Positions 26,070-32,000 of a DNA stretch of 32,000 bases are shown piece after piece. How positions within the stretch are numbered: position 1 is the first letter of the stretch; every line of letters starts with the position of its first letter. Under the pieces are notes generated by a model. The model was not told where the DNA came from and searched no databases. It saw only the letters and a list, made by a program, of their open reading frames with translations. A program made the position numbers and the translations under genes. The DNA comes from Phycisphaera mikurensis NBRC 102666 (GTDB lineage Bacteria; Planctomycetota; Phycisphaerae; Phycisphaerales; Phycisphaeraceae). The DNA lies in contig NC_017080.1 of NCBI RefSeq assembly GCF_000284115.1, positions 3,390,001 to 3,422,000 of the forward strand, written 5' to 3'.

Positions 26070-27614
26070 TCAGGCCGCCGCATTCTCGCTCCTCGCAGCA
26101 AGCCGCGGGAACTCCGGCCGCAGCGCCGCGTAGAGACGGTCGTGCTGCGCCATCCGGCAGGCGTGCCGCTTCGTCGCGGCTTCATCGGGCTCCTGCCGCG
26201 TGCTCTCCTCGATGCCGGCGGTGGCCTCCTGGACCGACGACCACACGCCGGCGCCCACGCCGGCGAGCAGCGCCACGCCGTAGGCCGGCGCGTCGGCCGC
26301 GGCGTTGGTGAGCACCGTGGGCGCGTCGGCCGCGTCGGCGAGGACCTGCCGCCACAACCCCGAGCGGCTCCCGCCGCCGGCCATCCGCAGCCGGTCCACC
26401 GGGAGCTTCAGCTGCTCGCGGAGCAGCTTCACCTGCACGGCCATGCCGTAGCCCACGCCCTCGAGCAGCGCCCGCGTCATCGCCCCGCGCCCGTGCGAGG
26501 GGTTCAGGCCCAGGAAGCAGCCGCGGGCGTCGGGATCGGGGTGGGGGCACCGCTCACCGGTCAGGTAGGGAAGGAAGTACAGCCCGTCGGTGGCCGAGGC
26601 GCCGGCTTTCTCGGCCTCCTTCACGAGATCCCCGACCTCCGTGCCCTCCGCGACCGCTTCGTTCCACCACGCGAGGCTCCCGGCGGCCGAGAGCATGCAG
26701 CCGAAGACGCACCAGGCCCCTTCCACCGCGTGGCACATCGTGTGCAGCCGGCCCCCGGGCTCGGCCTCGAAGCGGTCGGCGTGGGCGAAGACCACGCCGG
26801 AGGTGCCCAGCGTCGCCGACGCGAGGCCGGCCCTCACGATGCCCATGCCGATCGCGCCCGCGGCCTGGTCGCCCGCCCCGCCGACCACCGGCGTGCCGGA
26901 AGCGATGCCCAGCGAGCGGGCGGCGCCCGCGGTCAACCCGCCGGTGGGCGAGTGGGAGTCGTCCGCGCAGACGGGCAGCAGGTCGGGGTCCAGGCCGAGC
27001 TTCTGGATCAACTTCCGGTGCCAGCGCCGCTTCTTCACGTGGTACAGCCCCGTGCCCGAGGCGTCGCTGGGCTCGGCCGCCAGCTCGTGGGTGAGCCGGT
27101 AGCGGACGTAGTCCTTGGGGAGCAGCAGCTTCTTCGTAGCGCCCCACACATCGGGCTCGTGCTCCCGCACCCACAGCGCTTTGGGCGCCTGGAAGCCGGG
27201 CAGCGCCGGGCTGCCGGTCCGGGCGATCAGCTTCTTCCGCCCGCCGGCGGCGTCGACGACGTCGCCGCACTGCGGCACCGCCCGCTGGTCGTTCCAGAGG
27301 ATCGCCGGCCGCAGCGGCACGAGGTCCGCGCCGCGGGCGCCCTTCTTCTTGTCGCCCAGAAACACGGCGCCGTGCATCTGCCCCGAGAGGCCGATCGCCT
27401 TCACGTCGTCCTTGCCCAGCTCCGCCTCGCTCATCACCGCCCGGGTCGCTCTGCCCACGGCCGTCCACCACTTCGCCGCGTCCTGCTCGCTGTGCCCCGG
27501 CGCCGGCCGCTGCACCGTGTGCCGTGCCGTCGCGCCCGCGAGCACGCGGCCGTCCTCGTCGATGAGCAGGGCTTTGGTGCCGGAGGTTCCGATGTCGAGT
27601 CCGAGGAGAGGCAT
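26070..27614 (-). CDS. xylB: xylulokinase (FGGY family)
   Basis: LGLDIGTSGTKALL N-terminus, then GLSGQMHG, AILWNDQR, GGAGDQAAGAIG and the FGGY C-terminal block GGGSRSGLWRQVLAD. Confidence 0.95.
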   Translation of the reverse strand: MPLLGLDIGTSGTKALLIDEDGRVLAGATARHTVQRPAPGHSEQDAAKWWTAVGRATRAVMSEAELGKDDVKAIGLSGQMHGAVFLGDKKKGARGADLVPLRPAILWNDQRAVPQCGDVVDAAGGRKKLIARTGSPALPGFQAPKALWVREHEPDVWGATKKLLLPKDYVRYRLTHELAAEPSDASGTGLYHVKKRRWHRKLIQKLGLDPDLLPVCADDSHSPTGGLTAGAARSLGIASGTPVVGGAGDQAAGAIGMGIVRAGLASATLGTSGVVFAHADRFEAEPGGRLHTMCHAVEGAWCVFGCMLSAAGSLAWWNEAVAEGTEVGDLVKEAEKAGASATDGLYFLPYLTGERCPHPDPDARGCFLGLNPSHGRGAMTRALLEGVGYGMAVQVKLLREQLKLPVDRLRMAGGGSRSGLWRQVLADAADAPTVLTNAAADAPAYGVALLAGVGAGVWSSVQEATAGIEESTRQEPDEAATKRHACRMAQHDRLYAALRPEFPRLAARSENAAA

Positions 27615-27658
27615 GGGGGGGAGACTAAAGGAGCGGCCTGCGGCCGCGGCTTTTTCTG

Positions 27659-27682
27659 GAAGAGACGAAGAGACGAAGAGAC
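27659..27682 (+). repeat. 3 perfect tandem copies of GAAGAGAC
   Basis: Read directly from the sequence: GAAGAGAC GAAGAGAC GAAGAGAC, 44 nt from the xylB start codon. Confidence 0.95.
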
Positions 27683-27813
27683 GCGGCGGGCGCGGATCGG
27701 GAACCCGAATCAGGTTGCCGCTCCTGGCAGATCCACGCGCGCGGAGCCGCCACGCGCAGAGACGAAGTCAGCAAGATCAAGAACGCCGCGCGGAGCAACG
27801 ACGCGCGTTGCCT

Positions 27814-27851
27814 GTCTCCGTCTCTTCGTCTCTCCGTCTCTTCGTCTCTCC
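27814..27851 (+). repeat. Tandem GTCTCTTC/GTCTCTCC array (4 units plus a truncated unit), the reverse complement of the 27659-27682 array
   Basis: Read directly from the sequence: GTCTCC GTCTCTTC GTCTCTCC GTCTCTTC GTCTCTCC, ending 51 nt before the M48 ATG. Confidence 0.95.
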
Positions 27852-27902
27852 GCCCCCCTCCCGTCTAGCCTCCCCCGCCCACGCCCAAAAGGACGATCCT
27901 TC

Positions 27903-28766
27903 ATGCGATTCCGAACCCACCGATCCCGTGGCCGCGGCGCCTCCTCCCTGCTCGGGGGGCGCGGCGGCTCGCTCAAGATGCGGCTGTTGATCGGCGGCGG
28001 GCTCGCGCTGGTGGCGCTGTTCAGCTACTGGACCGCGTCGGACGTGAACCCGATCACCGGCGAGAGCCAGCGGATCTCGATGGAAGAGGTCGAGGAGGTG
28101 CGGCTGGGCCTCGCCAGCGCCCCGCAGATGGCGTCGGAGTTCGGTGGCGTCTCCAGCAACGCGCAGGGCCAGCGCCTGCTCGAAGAGATCGGCAGACGCC
28201 TCGTCGCGGCGATCCCGGAGGTGTACCCCCAGGCCGGCGAGATCCCCTGGGAGTTCAGCTTCACGCTGCTCGAGGACGACCAGACGGTGAACGCGTTTGC
28301 GCTGCCCGGCGGCCCGACCTTCATCACCGACGCGCTCTTCGACCGGCTCGAGACCGAGGACGAACTCGCCGGCGTCATGGGCCACGAGATCGTGCACGTG
28401 ATCCAGCGGCACGGGGCTGAGCGGATGCACAAGCAGAACCTCCTGCAGGGGCTCGCCGGCGCCGCCGTCGCGGGCACGGGCGAGTACACGGCCGCCGAGG
28501 TCGTCAGCTTCGTCGGCAACTTCAAGATGATGAGCTACGGCCGCGACCAGGAGACGCAGTGCGACCTGGAGGGTCTCAAGCTGATGGCCGCCGCCGGCTA
28601 CGACCCCTACGGCATGGTCCGCGTGATGGAGGTGCTGGCCGGCGCCAGCGGCGGGGCGAGCGGGCCGGAGTGGGCCAGCAGCCACCCGTCCCCGGAGGGT
28701 CGGATCGAGACGATCAAGCGGGAGATCCAGCGGCTCGGGCTGGGGGATCGAGCCGGGGTCCGGTAG
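27903..28766 (+). CDS. M48-family zinc metallopeptidase
   Basis: HEIVHVIQRH (HExxH) with a downstream Glu (QETQCDLEG), an N-terminal TM helix, and the NAFALPGG block typical of M48/YfgC-like peptidases. SD-like AAGGA (27889-27893) sits 9 nt before the ATG. An alternative ATG exists at 27978. Confidence 0.9.
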   Translation: MRFRTHRSRGRGASSLLGGRGGSLKMRLLIGGGLALVALFSYWTASDVNPITGESQRISMEEVEEVRLGLASAPQMASEFGGVSSNAQGQRLLEEIGRRLVAAIPEVYPQAGEIPWEFSFTLLEDDQTVNAFALPGGPTFITDALFDRLETEDELAGVMGHEIVHVIQRHGAERMHKQNLLQGLAGAAVAGTGEYTAAEVVSFVGNFKMMSYGRDQETQCDLEGLKLMAAAGYDPYGMVRVMEVLAGASGGASGPEWASSHPSPEGRIETIKREIQRLGLGDRAGVR

Positions 28767-28919
28767 GGTGAGCGGATGGGCTCGTCCGCCTCGCTCCAGC
28801 AGCTCCAGGCCCGACCGGGATCCGGCGGACCGCCTGGGCTCGAGCACCTCCGCACCCCCTCCCGCGACCTCCGCCTCGGCTGAGCCGGCCGCCCGCGCCC
28901 CCGCCGCAGGCGGAACCGA

Positions 28920-29885
28920 ATGCCCGACCCCCTGGTCATCATCGGCGACGCCGCGTGCGACGCCCGCGACTCCGCGAAGCGGGCGGGTTTCGAGCCGGTG
29001 GAGCTGCTGGGCGAGGAAGCGCTGCGTCGGCTCCGCGAGACGCCCGCCGACGCGCCGGTGCTCTTCACCGGCGCGATGGAGAACCGGCCCGACGTCATGA
29101 AAGCGATCGCGGGCGAGCGTCGGCTGCTCGGCAGCCCGCCGGCCGCGGTGGCCGCCGTGCGGGACCCCGCGGCGCTCACCGACCTGCCGCCGTTCCCCGG
29201 GCTGCGCTTCCCGAAGACGAAGCCGCGGATCGGCGTTCTCGAGCGGGTCGTCCGCCGGATCGTCCCCGGCAAAATCGGCTCGCTCTACCTCGTCAAGCCG
29301 CTGGGTTCCTTCGGCGGGGAGGGCATCCGGCCGTGGAGCCGCAAGTCCCGCGTGCCGCCGGGCAGCTACCTCCAGCAGGCGGTCGAGGGCACGCCGATGT
29401 GCGCCGTGTACCAGAGCCGAGAGGGCTGGTCGGCCGTCCTCGCGGGCGTCACCGAGCAGCTCATCGGCGAGCCGAAGCTCGGTGCCGGTTGGTACGGGTG
29501 GTGCGGGAGCATCGGGCCGGTCGCGCTGTCGACGCGCGAGCGCGACGCGCTCTCGCACCTGGGCGTCGTGCTCGCCCAGCGGCACGACCTCCGCGGCGTC
29601 TTCGGCGTCGACCTCATCCGCGACCGCGCCGGCGATTGGTGGCCGGTGGAGGTGAACCCTCGATACGTTCCCTCGGTCGACGTGCTCGAACGCGCGGCGT
29701 CGGGCCAGAGCCTGCTGGGGGGCCGCCCCGCCGTGCCCAACGGCGGCGTGCAGCACGGTCTCGCGGTCGAGCACGACGCGGATCACCCCGCCGGCCGCGG
29801 TGCACGCTTCGTCGCGAGCGGCGCCGACCGTGCCGCCTGCTTCGGTTCGCTGCTGGCCGCCGCTACACGCTCACGCGGGGCTTGA
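28920..29885 (+). CDS. ATP-grasp-fold protein (COG2232-like predicted carboligase), function unknown
   Basis: The central YLVKPLGSFGGEGI and C-terminal FGVDLI....WWPVEVNPR are ATP-grasp-like blocks. The family call is from memory only. Confidence 0.65.
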   Translation: MPDPLVIIGDAACDARDSAKRAGFEPVELLGEEALRRLRETPADAPVLFTGAMENRPDVMKAIAGERRLLGSPPAAVAAVRDPAALTDLPPFPGLRFPKTKPRIGVLERVVRRIVPGKIGSLYLVKPLGSFGGEGIRPWSRKSRVPPGSYLQQAVEGTPMCAVYQSREGWSAVLAGVTEQLIGEPKLGAGWYGWCGSIGPVALSTRERDALSHLGVVLAQRHDLRGVFGVDLIRDRAGDWWPVEVNPRYVPSVDVLERAASGQSLLGGRPAVPNGGVQHGLAVEHDADHPAGRGARFVASGADRAACFGSLLAAATRSRGA

Positions 29886-30504
29886 GCTTCTTGAACAGCG
29901 CCGGGCCGATGCCCGACACCTCTTGAAGCTCGTCCACGGAGGCGAACGGCCGCCGCGCCAGGATCGCCGTCGCCGTCGCCGGACCCAGGCCCGGCAGCGC
30001 CGCAAGCTCGCGCTCGTCCGCCTCGTTGAGGTCCACGCGTCCGGCGGCGCCTCCACCCGACGCGGCTGGGTCGGCGGCGGCCCGCGGGCCGGTGGACCGC
30101 TTCGCCGGCCGCTTCTTGGGCCGCCCCGCGGCCGCCGATTTCTTCCCCGCGGGACGCGGCGCGGCGGCCGGTTCGTCGTCCTCCTCGTCGTCGCCGAGCA
30201 CCGCCACGACGGCCGCGGCGACGCCCGCCGCGAGCACGGCTCCAAGCGAAACCGCCGCCACCACCTGCAGCGTCGTCAACCCGCCGACCAGCCCGCTCTC
30301 AGAGTCGCCGGTGCCTGCGGCCGACCCGTGCCGGGGAGCGGCACCGGCGAGCGGCTCCCGCGGGAGCGGGCCGCGGGTGGAGGTGCTTTCGGCGGTGCGG
30401 CGTGGGGCCGCGCCCGCCCCAGCGCCGGCGTGGTGGTCGGTCTGCGGGATGGGCATGGCGGCCGGGTCCGCGTCGTCGTCTCGCTCGGGGAGGGGCTTGG
30501 GCAT
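29863..30504 (-). CDS. comEA: ComEA-type helix-hairpin-helix DNA-binding membrane protein
   Basis: The C-terminal VDLNEADERELAALPGLGPATATAILARRPFASVDELQEVSGIGPALFKKL is the ComEA HhH2 module. One TM helix lies upstream (LQVVAAVSLGAVLAAGVAAAVVAVL). The start is ATG 30504 or 30456. Confidence 0.8.
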   Translation of the reverse strand: MPKPLPERDDDADPAAMPIPQTDHHAGAGAGAAPRRTAESTSTRGPLPREPLAGAAPRHGSAAGTGDSESGLVGGLTTLQVVAAVSLGAVLAAGVAAAVVAVLGDDEEDDEPAAAPRPAGKKSAAAGRPKKRPAKRSTGPRAAADPAASGGGAAGRVDLNEADERELAALPGLGPATATAILARRPFASVDELQEVSGIGPALFKKLKPRVSV

Positions 30505-30680
30505 GCCGGACGCTACGCGCCGGAAGGATGCCAGGCGCGGCGGCCGCGGAGGCGACGCGAGCCCCGCCGCACCCCCTCCACCACGCGTGGCAGGCGGACG
30601 GCCCGGGATCGGCGCCCGGAGATCCACCCAATTCTGCGGCTTCGCTCACCCTTTGCTCACGCAACGCTCATACTCGATGG

Positions 30681-31442
30681 ATGGCTCCAGCTTCCTCCCC
30701 ACCCGCGGCCGCCGCGACGGCCACCGATCCCGCGGCGGCGGCGAGCCGGCTGCGCACCGTGCTGCTGCGCGTCTGCTGGATCGCCATCCCCGTGCTCGCG
30801 CTGATGAACGTGCTCGACCGGGTGCTCGACGACCGCCTGCCGATCGCCACGCTGAACATGGTGATGGGCAAGTTCCACATGGACTTCGACCTCTCGATCC
30901 CCGCGTGGTTCACGGTCCAGCTCATCTTCCTCTCCGCCGCGGTCACCGGCGGCCTGGCCTGGCGGGCGTGGCGGCGCGGCGGCCCCGACGCGTGGCGGTA
31001 CACGCTCCTCGCGGGGGTGCTGTTGTTTCTCTCCGCGGACGAGTCCGCGGGGCTGCACGAGCTGCTCGGAACCGCCATGCGGGAGCGGCTGAATCTCTCG
31101 GGGCTGCTCTTCTTCGGGTGGATGATCCCGGTGGGGCTTGCCGCCGCGGGCGTGGGCGTCTGCATGATCCCGCTGCTCAAGCGGCTGCCGGCGGCCACCC
31201 GCAACACGATGATCCTCGGCGGCGGCGTCTACATCCTGGGAGCCGCCGGCCTGGAGATGCTCGCCGGCCCCTTCGCCGAGGCCGGCAACGGCCAGGGCAT
31301 CGAGTTCTTCACGCTGATGACCGTCGAGGAGTGCCTCGAGATGGCGGGCATGCTCATCTACCTGCAGGCCGCCAGCGCCTTCCTGCTCGGGCAGGTGGAG
31401 GTGCCGCTGCGCGAGCCCGACGCCGCGGTCGCGATCGCCTGA
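30681..31442 (+). CDS. hypothetical polytopic membrane protein
   Basis: The 253-aa product has about 6 hydrophobic segments and strong G/C at codon position 3. I recognise no family. Confidence 0.7.
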   Translation: MAPASSPPAAAATATDPAAAASRLRTVLLRVCWIAIPVLALMNVLDRVLDDRLPIATLNMVMGKFHMDFDLSIPAWFTVQLIFLSAAVTGGLAWRAWRRGGPDAWRYTLLAGVLLFLSADESAGLHELLGTAMRERLNLSGLLFFGWMIPVGLAAAGVGVCMIPLLKRLPAATRNTMILGGGVYILGAAGLEMLAGPFAEAGNGQGIEFFTLMTVEECLEMAGMLIYLQAASAFLLGQVEVPLREPDAAVAIA

Positions 31443-31534
31443 TCCCAAGCCCGCGGCCGGGGGCACCGCAGCCGCCGCCCCCGCGGATCGCCGCCCCGGC
31501 CGGGCTGGAAGGCACGCGGTCCGCGGCGCGTCGC

Positions 31535-32000
31535 TCAAACGATCGAGTCGATGATCCCGCCCTCGCAGCGGAGCGTCGCGCCGGTGGTGGCCGAAGCGAG
31601 CGGCGACACGGCGAAGGCGACCAGGTCCGCGACCTCCTCCGGTGTCGCGAAGCGGGCGATCAGCGAGCCCGGCCGCTGCTCCTCGAAGAACCGCGTCTTC
31701 ATCTCGTCCACGCTCAAGCCCTTCTCCGCCGCGACCTGCTCCACGAAGGCCGCGACGCCCTCGGTCCAGGTCGGCCCCGGCAGCACGCTGTTCACCGTGA
31801 TCCCGCTGCCCCCAAGCTCCTTCGCGAGCCCGCGTGACAGCGCCAGCTGGGCGCTCTTGGTCACCCCGTAGTGGATCATCTCCTCGGGCGTGCACACGCC
31901 CGACTCGCTGGAGATGAAGACCACGCGGCCCCAGCCGGCGTGCTTCATCCGCGGCAGCAGCGCCCGCGTCATCCGAACCCCCGACATCACGTTCAGATCG
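31535..32000 (-). CDS. short-chain dehydrogenase/reductase, 3' part (5' end beyond the window)
   Basis: YGVTKSAQLALSRGLAKEL (YxxxK), ITVNSVLPGPT, and a C-terminal ATGATLRCEGG tail typical of classical SDRs. The frame stays open to the window edge. Confidence 0.85.
   Translation of the reverse strand, partial: DLNVMSGVRMTRALLPRMKHAGWGRVVFISSESGVCTPEEMIHYGVTKSAQLALSRGLAKELGGSGITVNSVLPGPTWTEGVAAFVEQVAAEKGLSVDEMKTRFFEEQRPGSLIARFATPEEVADLVAFAVSPLASATTGATLRCEGGIIDSIV

Noticed and set aside
27633-27655. GCGGCC-tgc-GGCCGC hairpin followed by GGC-TTTTT on the plus strand, resembling an intrinsic terminator
   Set aside because: There is no plus-strand gene upstream to terminate, because xylB and corA are on the minus strand. 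The 3-nt loop is also too tight. More likely it is part of the xylB 5' leader or the left border of the repeat-flanked element described in the findings.
27659-27851. Possible CRISPR array
   Set aside because: The units are only 8 nt and directly abut one another without spacers. The two blocks are in inverted orientation, and there are no cas genes nearby.
27777-29786. 669-aa minus-strand ORF antisense to the M48 and ATP-grasp genes
   Set aside because: It has an Arg/Ala-rich composition and no motif, while the opposite strand carries HExxH and ATP-grasp blocks with proper codon bias. The same reasoning applies to 13656..15371 (antisense to argC), 19751..21139, 7306..8676, 10811..12550 and 11941..13179.

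Overview
Very GC-rich bacterial chromosomal segment (well above 65% G+C in every 60-nt line I counted). It is densely coding in short operons on both strands. I support 34 protein-coding genes, one of them truncated by the window edge. I recognised no rRNA, tRNA, CRISPR array, transposase, integrase or phage gene. Content is mainly housekeeping and envelope functions. Plus-strand genes include clpP plus a lipoprotein, an alpha/beta-hydrolase lipoprotein, YqaA, an MFS carrier, a subtilase-like peptidase plus lipoprotein, a Cof-type HAD phosphatase, argC, lepB plus DUF1802, a UDP-xylose synthase / ManC / APH-fold kinase sugar-nucleotide cluster, a PDZ protein, a GbsR-type regulator operon, an M48 protease and an ATP-grasp protein. 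Minus-strand genes include a gmhA-like SIS isomerase coupled to a ROK kinase, an NSS transporter with a 31-aa partner ORF, a stand-alone MshEN/T2SSE_N domain protein next to a secreted SH3b protein, DUF501, corA, xylB, comEA and an SDR fragment. Many of the longest ORFs in the six-frame track (for example 9148..13095, 523..2334, 27777..29786) are out-of-frame or antisense artefacts of GC-richness. They translate to Arg/Pro/Gly-rich low-complexity sequence and overlap ORFs with clear family motifs. I called genes from recognisable motifs, G/C preference at codon position 3, and start-codon context. I did not find a recognisable defence or mobile system, and I cannot honestly claim a new multi-gene system. 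The most unusual items are listed here. (1) Two inverted arrays of an 8-nt tandem repeat bracket the xylB/M48 divergent spacer. (2) A HAD phosphatase has its catalytic DxD motif upstream of any ATG/GTG/TTG. (3) A subtilase-like protein has Glu where the catalytic Asp motif is expected and is translationally coupled to a Gly-rich lipoprotein, divergent from an SH3b/MshEN pair. (4) Two micro-ORFs lie below the ORF-track cutoff: a 31-aa NSS partner and a 53-aa single-TM protein behind a GbsR operon. (5) A 168-aa protein of a family I cannot name is hidden inside a 417-aa alternative-frame ORF. A Planctomycetota/Phycisphaerae-like origin is only a guess from composition and gene content.
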